Counted from the stretch's first letter, positions 26,423-39,696 are shown. The stretch: 64,000 nt of DNA from Geosiphon pyriformis uo1 (GCA_016748015.1 JAAOMT010000176.1:395277-459276), one strand, 5' to 3'. The notes: generated by a model not told the origin, from the letters alone. Made by a program: numbers and translations.

Positions 26423-28631
26423 CCAGAAAAAAATGCCATCAAATTGGAACCACATTTGTGCACTTACATTGATCTGAAAATAGCACTAGAAATTTTAGCA
26501 ACAACAATGATTCAACTAGCCTTTAGGAGTAGTTTAGCAAAAAAGGGTAACAACATCAGAGGAAGAATAATTGACACAGGTTATGTAGGAAATATTATTG
26601 CAATGCTATAAAATGATTCAGAAAAGGCCTATATTATAAAGTCAAATGAAAAGATAGCACAGGCAATATTCCTGCCTCTGGTGAAAATAGCTTAATTAGT
26701 ATTAGTGGGAAACAGAAAAAAATTAAGAATTACAGCAAGAGAGATACAAAGATTTGGATCCACAGGTAGAATAGATATACTAGTCAATATGACAGAAAAA
26801 GAGGTTATTGGCAAGGGAAAAATTATCTCCACCCATCAATCAATTTCTATCCCACCATATGACCAGTATATGTTAGTCATAAAAAGAGAAGTAAAGAATC
26901 AAGCTCAGTTGTTTGAAGCAGAAGTCACTATTTGCAAATCAGGAAAAATTGAATTCACTAATCTTTACATACCAGCCAAAAGCCCCAAAAACATTAAAAT
27001 TCCAATCTACAACACAACTGGAAATGTTATCAAAATACCAAAAGGAACCATTATTGGATACTTAACCATTGAAGTTGAGGATCAACCACCAAACTACATT
27101 CCAGATTTTCTATAGCTTTGTGAATATGTAGATATTACATCACAAACCATTTATGGACAAAGCAAATGTTATTTGCTCCAACCAAAACAATTGGAACAGA
27201 TGAACATGGAGAATCTAGACTCACTCCAACAGATGCAATTAAAGATATTACTCAACAATTTCAATGACATTTTTGCTAGTGAAAATGAATTTGGCCACAC
27301 TAATATTATCTAGCATCAGATCAAGATTAGAGATATAATGCCAATTAAACAAAGAGCATATTGAGTACCACCAGCCAGCCATAAGATCATCTGTCAAGAA
27401 ATCAATTAAATGCTTGACAATAGGCTAATTCAGCCATCAATGAGTCCATAGTCATTACCAGTGATATTAGTTTGGAAAAAAAAATGGAAAAATCTGCTTT
27501 TGTGTAGACTACTGGAAACTAAATAGAGTAACAAAAAAAAACAGCTACTCAACTCCAAAGATCCAAGAACTTTTCAATGCTTTTGGAGGAAAAAAATGGT
27601 TTTCAACTTTAGACTTAGACAGTGGTTACTGACAAATAGCCATAAAACCAGAAGACAAAGAGAAAACAGCTTTTACAACTCAGGAAAGAAACTTTGAATT
27701 TGAAGTAATGCCATTTGATTTGATGAATGCTCTAGCCACTTTCTAGCAACTTATGGAAATTGTTTATACTGGGCTACTATAGAAATCAGTAATCATATAC
27801 TTAAATAACACCAATGTGTTCTCAAAAACATTCGATGATCATCTGCATCATCTCCAACAAGTGTTTGAAAGACTGAGAAAAGCAGAATTAAAGTTGAATG
27901 CAAACAAATGCTTCTTTGAAAAAACAGAACTCAAGTTTTTAGGACATGTTATAAGCAAAGATAGTATCAAAATAGATCCAGACAAGATAGAAATCATTAA
28001 AAATTTTCCAGTACCAAATAATTTCACAGAATTAAGAGCATTTTTAGGATTTGCTGAATACTATCACTGCTTTACCAAAAACTTTTCCAAAATAGCTCAA
28101 CCACTACACCAACTACAAACAAAGAACACCAAATATGAATAGACTGAAACTCAACAAGAAGCTTTTAATATATTGAGAAGAAAGTTTATTAAAGCCCCAG
28201 TACTGATCTATTCAGATCATAGCAAGCCATTCATAATCACAACTAATGCATCTGGTCAAGTATTGGGAGCAGTACTATTGCAAAGAGGACTGGATGAAAG
28301 AGAACACTCAGTAGATTATACTAGTAGAAGCTTAAGTTCAGCTGAAAAGAACTATGGAACTCCAGCACTGGAACACTTAGCTATCTATTGAGCTGTTATC
28401 AAATAGAAAAAATACTTGAACCAGAAGTTTGATGTATACACTGATTACAAAGGATTGACTTCAATCTAGAAACAAAAATTTAGAGATGATTGCCATGTCA
28501 GATGAAAAATAGAACTTTTACTATTTAATTATACAGTACATTACAAAAAAGAAAAAAAAAATAGAAATGCTAATAGATTGTCATGAATAAGACAAATTTA
28601 AAAACATTTCAACCCAAAAATATAACAAAAC

Positions 28632-30014
28632 ATGAATATACAAAAATACCAATAACTCCAACATTATATAAATACCCAATTGTTCAAAGAGAAACTATCT
28701 CAAAAGAAACAAAACAACATAAAACAACAATCCAAATATTTTATTAACCACCAAAATATACTTTACCAGAAAAACAGAAAGAATTTAAATTAACCAACCA
28801 GAGTAATCACAGAACCAGAGAAAGAAACAATATTGTTCAACATGCACTCAGATCCAACAGCAGGACATTTTTACAAAGAAACAACCATAGAAAAAACTAG
28901 AAAAAGATACTATTGGCCATTAATGTATCCAAACATTATTTAATATGTTCAAAATTGTGATGCTTGTTAAAGAAGAGATGAAACAAAATCCAGTAAACCA
29001 TTAAGACCAATCAAAGTGGGACAACCATTTGATTACATTAGAATTGACTTAGTTAGACTATTAACCATAACCAGCAGAGGCAACAGATACATTGCAATAA
29101 CCATGGACTATTTTACTAAATGGCCAAAAGCAAAAGCCATTCAAAGAGCAGATGCAGAATTTGTTGCCAAATTTGTTTATCAAGATTTGATATGTCAACA
29201 TGAATGTCCAAAAAAACTACTATTAGATCAAGAAACTTACTTTGTGAATAGAACATTGGCAGAATTAAGTCAAAGATTTGGGATTAAAAAACCATTATCA
29301 TCACCATATCATCCACAAATAAATGGGTTAGTTAAAAGATTCAACAAAACATTGTGTAAAGTCATTGCTAAAATCAGCCAAAAAAACCAGGATGAATGAA
29401 ACTTGATTATACTATTAGTATTATTTGCTTATCGGACAATAAAGCAAGATACTACACAAGCAACACTATTCAAATTAGTATATGGTAGAACAGCAACATT
29501 ACCAGTTGAAATAGAAGTAAAAACATATTCAACAGAACCAATAACAGAAGAAAATTTTTAAAGAACATTATTAAGAAGAACATATGACTTAATGAAGACA
29601 CTAAAAAACAAATGATGAAAAGCAGTTGATAACATTTAAAAATTACAAAAAAAACAAAAAAAAAGACATGACAACCAACTATCAGATAAACCAATTAAAT
29701 TCAAGGTTGAAGACAAAGTACTTCTACATTATACTAAAGCGGAAAAACAATGAAGTAGAAAATTTGACTCCAAATAGAATGAACCATTTCACATAGAAAA
29801 AATTCTTGGAAATGGAGCTTATAAATTAAAATAGAACAACAAAATTTTAGCCAAAGTAGCACATAGTGATTGACTAAAACTATATCACTATATAATGTCA
29901 CTATCTACCAATAATATTCTACAATTAGAAGTACAGAGAATACTAGTCCAACCAAATAAGATTCAATGAGATCTGGAACCAATCATAATCATTGAACCAA
30001 ACATGAAAGATTAA
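28632..30014 (+). pseudogene. Stand-alone integrase ORF of A copy 1 (461 codons, internal stops)
   Basis: ATG MNIQKYQ 30 nt after the RNase H stop; MHSDPTAGHF, MDYFTKWPKAKAI; ends LEPIIIIEPNMKD*. Confidence 0.88.
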
Positions 30015-30038
30015 ACAATAAAAAGAGTATATAAAGAC

Positions 30039-30707
30039 ATGGTAGATGTAACAAAAGACTTCAGAAAAATGGAAATCACTAATGACATTCATGTACTAGC
30101 ACAACAACTATTCCAACTAATTCAACAACAGAATATGAAAATTACTATTAACCAACAAACCATTCAATACCAAGATACCAGAAAGATACCCAAATACAAA
30201 AGTCAAAGAAAAACAAAAAACACTATTAACAAAATGGTTTTAAAAATAAAATTAGCAATAGAAGAACCAATAAGTATCACCACATATCAAGAGTTGACCA
30301 AAGAAACTTGGAAATAGTGGATACATGAATTTCCAAAAAACTTTTGTTATTTCTACTTGGAACAACACTTGAATATTCAGAACTTATATACAGATAAAAC
30401 AAAACAATTATTTGACACAACAATACTGCAACAACTAAAACAATTTGTGGAAAAGAACAATTTGACTACACAAGTAAGAGCCATATATTGACTATATACT
30501 GGATTTTAAAACAGACCAGAAATTTTACTTAATCCAGAATTGGACTCCATTATGGTTAACCAAATGAGAAAAATAACCAATGCCCAATTTGAAGAATTAC
30601 AGAACAGGATAACACAAGTAATTCTTGAAAAAGAAGTTCAGAAAATACTCAAAAAGAGAGAATTAGAGTTAGGAGATTTGGAAAATCTTAATGGAGCTCA
30701 ATATTAA
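30039..30707 (+). pseudogene. ORF3 of A copy 1 (223 codons, internal stops)
   Basis: MVDVTKDFRKMEITNDIHVLAQQLFQLIQ...FCYFYLEQHL...GAQY*, colinear with 57856-58515. Confidence 0.8.
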
Positions 30708-30721
30708 AAAGGAGGGAATAA

Positions 30722-31608
30722 TATTACTCATAAAATATAGAAAGTATATTAGCCTATAAATTAGCCAATCAGAAGTAGCTGTAGTAAATGTGGAATTCCA
30801 GGATTTCTTTCAGGAAGAATTGCAGGATTCCAGAAATTTCAGGATTTTTGTACAAAGAATTGCAGAATTCCAGAATTTCAGAATTTCTCTCAAAAAGAAT
30901 TGCAGGATTTCTCTCAAAAAAAATTGCAAGATTTCAGAAATTTCAAGATTCCTAGTGTGAAGAATTAAGGAATTAAGAAATCTCAATTATGTATATATAG
31001 TAGTAGCATTAGAAGTAGAAAAGACAAACCTCTCTGTTTAGATTTAAATCTAAGCAATCTTCCACATCACAAATATCAATAAATAATTATTTACTATCTC
31101 CAATTTCACTCTTCACTATCAACACTTCATGTTAATAGCAATTGATACTTAACTATACTGGAACAATAGCTCTTGATTATGGCTATTGATGAGATACTAA
31201 CTTGTATACTGTCTTGGCTTATTTCTTTATTTTCTTTTGTTTTTTTTGTTTTTTTTGTTTTTTTTCTTTGATTTTATTGTTGTGCACTAATTAATTAAAG
31301 AGAATAATGTGCAGAGTTACTGATGTCAAAGTAACTAGTAAAAGACCCAGGAATAAGGGTAGAACACTCAATTGAGGATAGCTTACTAGGAGAAATACTG
31401 GCCATCATGCTGAGAAAAAAATTAATGAAACTACAGTTTTGGAAAGCTACAGATAAACACTATTGAATTTTTGTTCATTATATAAAGGATTCAACCAAAA
31501 CTTTCAAATACAAACAACCTTCAGATAAAATTACCAACCAGAACATCAATCAAGTACCAAGTTATGGATTTGTTATTTGCTTTGAAACCCAAATAATCAC
31601 TTATAACA
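30722..31608 (+). repeat. 3' LTR of family A copy 1
   Basis: Direct repeat of 10790-11652, preceded by a PPT. Confidence 0.93.
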
Positions 31609-34600
31609 GCATCCTGAAAATATTTTTTTGCAAAATGGTTTTGAATTATCTAAAGAGTTGATTTTGGAACCTAATAAGATTAAAGCCAAAATAAATAAGA
31701 TAATAGAAAACTAAACCAGAAAATAGAAAATTTTAGAGTCTGTTTCTAAAATCTGAACAAATTAATATGTTTTTTTGGAATATGTAGATAATCAGACTTT
31801 TTTTGAGATAATAAACACTATTGATTATAAAAAGTTGAGTCAAGTGGTTAAAAAATTGTTAGATAAAAAAGCTGTTGATTTAAGTAACATATCTAATAAA
31901 TTATAAAAACATTATAAGAATAATATTTTAAGATGTCTACTAGATATACTGAATTTTTGTTTGTTTTCAAATAAAATTTCAATATTGTAAAGACATACTT
32001 GAGTCTTAATAATACTTAAGTTATATAATTAAAAAAAAGTTTTAACAAATACTTAATCTATTGTTCTAATTATAAAGACCAAAAAAATTTTGTTTAAAAT
32101 TTTTTCTGATAAGATTTTTCTTATTTGCAGCAAATTTGAGATGTTTTATAAAGACAATTTTTTAGTGTTAAAAAGTACTTTAACACAAACTCTGATTTTA
32201 GTCATAGGTTTTGTAATTAAAAATACTTTGAAAAAAAATAAAAAATTGTAACTGGTTCTGCAAAATATATGTAAAACATATAAGTTAATTGGCATTATTT
32301 ATATAATAGCTTAATTAAAATTAAAATATGTAAATGTTTCATTAAGTTCTTTAAAAATATCCACAATAGAAGAATTAATTGAATTATAACAGATTTTAGG
32401 CTTTCAAATAGATATATAATTCATAATAGACTTGATTAAAGAGAGATTTTTTTGTTTTTGTTGTAAAAAAATTTTTATAATTTCCTGTTTTATAAGATTA
32501 AGAGACATAAAAATTTGTGTAAATACAGAATAAATTCAAATTTTTTTACAAAAACTGGCAGATCTAATCTCAAAAATGACAAAACTTTTTTTTTTGCAAC
32601 AAGTATCTTTATGAATAATACTATTTAGATTGAGAACTATAAAGTGGTAACACAATATATTTTAGACATTGCAAATAAGTTTTTTTCTATTAATAATATT
32701 TTGATTAATACAGACAAAACAATTGTTATTTCTTTTAATTAAAAAGCTAAAGAGACTGTGCTATTTATTAGTAGTTTAAAAATCTTAATAGCCAAAAAGA
32801 GTAAGTTTCACAAATATTTGAAAATTTTTTTAATAATTGATGGTCTATCTAAACCAAGCTTGGTCAAAGCTTATTTAGATATTAAGTTTTTTTTAAATAT
32901 GATTTTAAGAAAAATTATCACTAAAAAACAATTTTTGTATTTGGTGTTTATTGTTTTGTAGTCTATTATTGGTTATAGAATATAATTTGATTATGTTTTA
33001 AAAAGTGTATATAAAAAATAAAATAAGATATTAAAAAAAAAAGTGAAGCTTAAAACCAATCTATCTAAGAACTTCTTTAATAAGACTTTATATTATCTTA
33101 AATTGTATGGTCTTAAAACATTTAAGCAAATGCTGATTGAGAATCTAATAGCTATCTGGTTAATTTTTTTAATACAAGTAGAATTTTCAGCAGATTATTC
33201 AAACACAAAGCAATAAATCTATAAATTATTACCTGAATGTCCTAATATTCTCTTTGAATTCTAGTCAAATTGTCAATTAATTCTATAAATTGTTTTCTGG
33301 TAAGTGTAATATGTATTTTTATTTTTTGCAATTTGTTTTTAAGTAATAATTTGCCTAATGTCTTTTAGGCTAAAAATAATGTTGCAGTTTTAGATATGTT
33401 GAGCTTAGATAACTATATAAATGTGGTAAGATCTCTTAAAAAGTTTGGTATTATTTTTATAAATCAGTTTCTAAATTGTTATAGTATGTGCTTTGTGTAA
33501 AATACTTTTTGCAGATAGAAAAAACTGAACTCTAAGAGTCTAATTTCTGGCTAATTCAATTTGTTAGTTAAGTTTATTAAGAATAGTAGTTTGGTGAATA
33601 GTGAAGTTTTGGTTTTTTATTTTGTTTTCATAAACTACTCTTGTAATTTAGATGTCAATATAAGTATTAAAGTAAAAATAAATAGTTTGCAGTCTTTAAT
33701 TTTGGTGAAATTGCAAACTATTATTTTTACTTTGAAATATATATCTGCTTTTAACTCTGTTACTTTGTTTACAAATAGTCAGACATTATTAAATATATAT
33801 TGTTTTACCAAAAATATGGCTGGTTCTAATTTTTGCAGTAAATACTGAATTGAAAAAAAACATATTTGCCAAGTCATTTAAAAAAAAAGTTTGTCAATTG
33901 CTTGGAGAAAATTTAAAAGTTATTCTGGTTTTGTTAAAAATAAATATGTTAATTTTTATGTCAATACTGCTATTACTTTTGAATTTATATTGCTTCTTTG
34001 GATACTATGTCATTTTTTTAGCATTAAAAACATATCTGTTTTTGAAAATGCTTATTATTTTGTTAAAAGTTTGTTTAATATAGTTAATTTTATTGGTTGG
34101 AAATTTAAATATGTTGATAATATTATAAATATGAGCATTAATATTAGTTCAAATATAATTAAAACTTTTATTGTTTGGCATTCTAATAACAAGATCTGTT
34201 TTGACCATACTAGCTTATTATTAATAGCACTTTAGTTTTATTTCATAAAAGCACTACACTACTACTTGCTTATAACTAAAAAAAAACTATATGATCTAAA
34301 ATATCCAAGTATAGTTTATATATAATATGGAATAATAAAAAATTCTAATTACTTGTTTTTATGTATATATAATAGTAATGCTAAGAAAAAATTATTATTA
34401 AACATCATTTTAGAATAGAATAAATTATTGGATAACTTTGCTAAAAAGAATATAATTGTTTAATCTTTGTGTAATAAGTTTTGGTTTTTTGAAAGATGTT
34501 TTATTAATAAGTAATTTAGGTGTATAATACTATCTTAATTAGTTTAAATAGCTGATTATATATAAAAAAAACATGGGTCATACTTAATTTAGAATTTTAT

Positions 34601-34652
34601 ATGATTTTATTTCTTTAGGTAATAGTTGAATTGCTTTCATAAAACTTAATAA

Positions 34653-36082
34653 AAGTTTAATTTTAAATTTTTTGTATAAAAAACTAATATTTAATAATAT
34701 TTTTTATAAGATATAATTTACAAAAAACAAAATATTAATAATAATTATTATTATTAAAGTAACAAAAAAAGAATATATAAAAATAAATTATTTTTATAAT
34801 TATTTTTAAAAAAATTTGGATTTATTTTAATTTTTATATTTATAAATAAATTAATTATATTTTAAAAATAAAAAACTTAAATTTAATAAATAAAAAAATA
34901 CATTTAAAATCTTTTTTTATTAACTATTAAGAAAATTAAAACACAAATTTAATTTATAAAAATGAATAAAAATAAAAAATTAATATTTTATTAATAATTA
35001 TAAATAAAAATTATTGATTTTAATTAATTATTTTAAAGAAATTTTAAACTTTAAAATAGTATTTTTTTAATTATTAAAAACTGTTATTATTTTAAAAAAA
35101 AAAAAACACTTTAAAAAAATGTTTTTAAAATTATATTATTATTATAATTAATTTTATTACTGTTATATATATTGGTTTTATGTATTATAAAAAATTTATT
35201 TTGGTATTTTTTATAAATTTTAAAATATAACCAAATATTTTGTTATTTTTATTTTTTTTTAAAAAATTCTAAAGCTTTTTTTTTAAAGATTAAAATATAA
35301 TGAAATTTGTATATTAATTTTAAAATTCAAGATTTATAATATTTATTTTTATAATAAATTATTTTATTAAAAAATATTTTTAAAATGTTAAAATAAATTT
35401 TTTAAAAATAAATAAAAATAATTATAAATATTTAGAATAAAAAATTTTTTATGAATTATAAAATTTAATAAATCATAAATTTTTTAAATTTAAAATTACA
35501 TGTTTATTAAAAAAAACAAGAAAATATTTAATTAATTAATTATTTAATATAGTTATTACTAAGATTACATAAATTAAAGATTATTTAAATATAATAAATG
35601 GCAAAATAAGTATTATTTTTTCAACTTATAATGGATACTAAAACAATATAAAAAAAATTAAATTTTTTTTTGATAATTAGTACAATTTATAATATATATT
35701 TTTATATTATTATTATTATAAATTTAAATTTTTAAAGACTTTATATTAAAAACAATTTTTTTTTAATACAAAATAAATAAATAAATAATTTTTTATTAAT
35801 TTATTCAATTACAATATTTTTATTTATTTAAAAAATCAATTTTTTACAAACCTTTATTTATTTTTTAATTGATTATATTTAAAAATTTTAAGAATATAAG
35901 TTTTAAAACTTTTATTAAAATAAAAAAGTTAAAATTTTTTATTAATAATAATATTTTAATGTGAAAAAACCAAATTTTAAATTTTTTTTTAGCTTATTAA
36001 AAGTTCATATTTGAAATTTAATTCACTTTTTTTTATTAAACTTTTCATTTTTTATTTATTATTTTATTTTAAAATTATATTG
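34653..36082. other. Extremely AT-rich tract
   Basis: Near absence of C and G; no listed ORFs. Confidence 0.7.
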
Positions 36083-36091
36083 AATAAAGGG

Positions 36092-36213
36092 CCCGAGTGG
36101 CTGGCCACATGTAGTAAATGCGTGAGTCGCGTCTAATTTGGGTCACTTAGTCTGATTCTGTATGTTAGATAGCGGTTGGGCTTCGCTCGTTAAATTGCAT
36201 TAATAAAAAAAAT
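36092..36213 (+). mobile_element. Severely 5'-truncated LINE copy or SINE-like retroposon: 3' terminal structure plus A-rich tail
   Basis: Aligns to the reverse complement of the LINE 3' end at 48468-48574; A-rich tail; direct repeat AATAAAGGG at 36083-36091 and 36214-36222. Confidence 0.85.
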
Positions 36214-37248
36214 AATAAAGGGATTATGAATTAAAATATAATTTGAATAATTATTTTAATTAAAATTATATTAAGCTTTTAATATGTTAAAATTAAACAA
36301 AATCTTTTTTTTAATTATTAAGTTATTTATTAAATTTAAATAAAAGTTGAATAAATAATTCACCACAAATTTTTTTAAAAAGTGATTAACCATATTTTTA
36401 TAATTATTATTTTATTTATAATTTCTATAAAAAATAATGTAAAATTTAAGTTTTTTAATAATTATCAAAATTATTATTACCTATTTACTATCACCATGTT
36501 AAAAACAAATGTCTTAATAAATCAATCGGAAAAAAGGTATTTTAAAAACAAGAAATAGTTTATGTATTTATTTAGAAAAAAACTCTAGTCAAAAATAAAA
36601 CCTAGTTTAGACTACACACACTGTTATCAAAATAACACTAAAAAAAGGTGATTAATATTCAAATCCTTTTCTTTTAAGAGTTCTTTTTAATTCATTTTAA
36701 ACTTTATTGAAGATGACTAATTATCAAATTTCAGTTTCTTCCTTAATATCGGATTTATAAAAGTTGGGAAAAATACGGTCAAAAAATTTTTTCCATTATC
36801 TTCAAAAAATTACTGTTATTATCTAATTTCTTAAATTTCAAGTTCGTGAGTTTCTCTATTTTAAAGAACAAAAAAATAGAAAAAAAATTAATTCTTCTAT
36901 ATATGCAGTCATTCCAGTTCTTTGAAAATTTTGAAAAAGTGTCAAACAGAAAAGAAACTAATTTTTATTAGGTTAGCCAACCGAGAATGAAAAAATAATA
37001 AAAAATAATTTTTATGAATGTAAGACGAAAAAATCTCGATATTGAAGGAAAATTAAATTCAAGAATAACTTAAATTAAATAATTAGTTACCTGGTATCTT
37101 TCCCTATTAGAAGAATTTAGACATTTCAAATCTGAATTTTGGATTGAAGATAAAAATTGTAACTATTTTAAAGATAATTATCTAAGAGTGTACAAGTGTC
37201 TTTCCGCCCTTTCATATAAAATTTCATTAATTTTATTGATTGTTTTGA

Positions 37249-37251
<3 letters not shown>

Positions 37252-37290
<39 letters not shown>
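37252..37290. repeat. Poly(T) homopolymer of about 39 nt
   Basis: Direct reading. Confidence 0.9.
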
Positions 37291-37294
<4 letters not shown>

Positions 37295-37996
37295 GTAATG
37301 CTCGTAAAATCAGATTTTCAATATATTTTAAAAAAACTAGAAACTAAATAATTTCCGTTATGATTCATATCTTGGAAAAATTATAAAAGTTTTTAAGAAT
37401 CTTAACATAGTTTTCAATATGATAGCTTCAAAAATTATACTTTTTAATATAAAAAATTAGAATAATCTAATTGGAATTTTGATTTTGATTAAAGAACATT
37501 CGAGAAACTTTTAATCAAAAGACATATGCAGAATAAAATTATAGACATATTGGAAATTATAATTATATTAAAATTTATTTATATTTCAAATTTTCTATTA
37601 AGAAATCTTAAGTAGAACTGTAATATTAAATTTGTTACCATTTATTATTTTATTAAATTATTCTGAAAAAATATAAATTAATAAATTTTTTTAAAAATGG
37701 AAGGTTTTTTATTCAACTCAAAAAAAAATTCTTTTAAAACTCATGAATAACATTTTTAACAAGTCTTAAAAAATGCAAACCCTATTTTTGAATATTTATA
37801 TTAAACTATAAGTGCAAAAAAAACTCTTTCTAAATTCATTGAAAGACAAGCAAATAAAGAAAAAAGAATAGACTGCTATAAAAGATAAAATATTATGAAT
37901 CCTTATAATCAAGAATTTTTAATATTTAAAAAGTTGTCTAATAAAATTAATCTCATTAAAGTTTAAAATCAAGATAACCAATCATAATTAGATCTC

Positions 37997-39696
37997 TTAA
38001 GAGTTATCTAAATATAATAGAAAGTAAAATAAATGTTAAACAATAGCAAACATAAAAGTATATTACAGATTTTTTTTATATAATTTCTTACCTTTAAGCA
38101 AATAGACTAATTCTTTTAAGGAGTAAAATTTAATAATTAAATTAAAGAATTAACCAATTAAACAAAATATTTCTTATAAATTTAATTAATATAAACCAAC
38201 CTTTAGAAAAATCCATCATTTGCAAAATTAAAGGGCGACTTGTATAAACTGCTCCTGGATGAATGTGAGTTGTTGTTTTTGAGTCGTTCTTTAACATTTC
38301 TTTTACGTATTTCTCTGATTCTTTAAACTGATTCTCATTCTCAGACTCTTTATCTATATAGTCAAGTTCCCCCAACTTCTTTTCAACTTCCTTGGCAGTA
38401 GGACGATTCTTAGGATTAGGATGCCAACACTTTTTAATTATTTCGGCAATCGAAGGTGGAATAAGTGGGAAGGTAATCTTAGGCCTAGCCCCATTTAAAA
38501 TAGCCATTATAAGGATATTATCATGAGAATAATCATGAAAGGGAGGCTTTCCTGTTACTAATTCCCATAATAACATTCCATAACTATAAATATCACCAGC
38601 TGAAGTAAACTTTTCTCCTCTTAAAACTTCTGGTGGAATGTATGGAATCACTCCGTATATCTTTTTCTCATCTATTGTTATTATTGTAGTTGTTTTTGTT
38701 GTAGTTGTTATTGTTATTGTTGTTGCTGCTGTTGTTCTTGAACTTGTTGTCGTTTCTGAGTTCGATGTTGATGTCGTTGTTTCTGTTGTTGTTTGAGGGT
38801 TTGTAGGTTGAGATAATCCGAGGTCTCCAATTCTAGAGCTACAGCCAAATAGATTTTCTACAAGTAGGATGTTACCCGAGTGTAGGTTACGGTGAACCAT
38901 ACCAGCAGAATGAATGGTTTCAAGTCCTTGAGCTAAATTCCAAGCGATCATCAATTTATCTTCCCAACTTAATGAATGAAAATTTGTTGATAAATAATTT
39001 CTCATGTCTCCATGTTTGGCAAATTCCATCACAATTCCATACTCGAGTGTTTCAACGTTTTGTGTAATCCCCCATATTGAAGAGATATTTATCAAGTCGT
39101 CCTGGTTTTTATAAATAAACATGGCTCTTTGAATATTTAACTATGAACACAGTGTAAAATGTAAATAAACGGTAATATACAGTAAATAAATAATAGGTAA
39201 ATATGAATTAAACATAAATATAAATATAATAAATGAATTGTTTGTTTACCTCTTTAAACACTTCTGAACTGTTCGTTTTTATAATTTTTATTGCTACTTC
39301 TTTGCCTATTCTGTCTCTTTCATATTCCATTGAACCATGATGTTTTATTGTATCTGTATTAATTAATCCATCAAGTAGGGTTGCTTTATAAATTATACCA
39401 AACCCTCCTCTACCAATTTCGTTGATATTCGATAAATGCTTCCATGGAATCCATTCGTGATAATTCAAATAACCACTATCCTCTTTATCTTCATTATTAG
39501 GTGGAAAATAAATTGGATTCTTAATTATTTCATCCACTTCGTCATTGCCACTTGAAAAGTCTTTATAATGTTTTTCAAAAAATATGAACTGGCATGCATT
39601 ACAAAAATTAAAATTTTGAATGCTATTTCGACACCATATACATTCGTTACAATCATGAGGATACGGACGAGTTCTTTTAATTTCAATGTTTTCCAT
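37997..39696 (-). CDS. Glomeromycotina-type TKL-like protein kinase (exons 39696-39250, 39140-38201, probably 38112-38092 and 38007-37997)
   Basis: N-terminal CNECIWC..CNAC, EWIPW, IGRGGFGIIYKA, VAIK, HRNLHSGNIL, IGDLGLS, YGVIPYIPPEVL, DIYSYGM, CWHPNPKNRPT; GT-AG introns; last micro-exons less certain. Confidence 0.85.

Larger units (their letters stand above)
11716..28601 (+). pseudogene. ORF1 of A copy 1 (Gag-PR-Cys-rich-dUTPase-RT-RNase H), interrupted at 12293-13235 and 16567-26422
   Basis: Gag FLRYFSNNNSIN, knuckle CHNCGKQDHIRANC, protease LILDSGSAG, CDHCLIPCDFQYCNKY, dUTPase FGSTG, RT YLNN (from YLDD), RNase H AEKNYG; many stops. Confidence 0.9.
10790..31608 (+). mobile_element. Full-length Ty3/Gypsy LTR retrotransposon, family A copy 1 (degenerate, two nested insertions)
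   Basis: LTRs 10790-11652 and 30722-31608, TSD GCAT/GCAT, PBS-like tggtgctt after the 5' LTR, PPT aaaaaggagggaa; remnants of gag, protease, dUTPase, RT, RNase H, integrase and ORF3. Confidence 0.95.
5800..34652 (+). mobile_element. Degenerate LINE (ORF1 ~5800-9499; ORF2 APE-RT-RNase H 9496-10789 plus 31613-~34520; 3' tail ~34540-34652), split by LTR insertions
   Basis: ORF remnants align with the better LINE copy at 59417-63721 (LLFKNKFLVIVLGLY, LSKPSLVKAYLDIKFF, SLILVKLQTIIF); decayed 3' end matches 48468-48574; 5' boundary approximate. Confidence 0.8.

Noticed and set aside
36088-36195. GC-rich island first considered as a tRNA, snRNA/snoRNA or ribozyme
   Set aside because: No cloverleaf or T-loop, C/D pair or hammerhead core; it aligns to the LINE 3' end and has a tail and TSD
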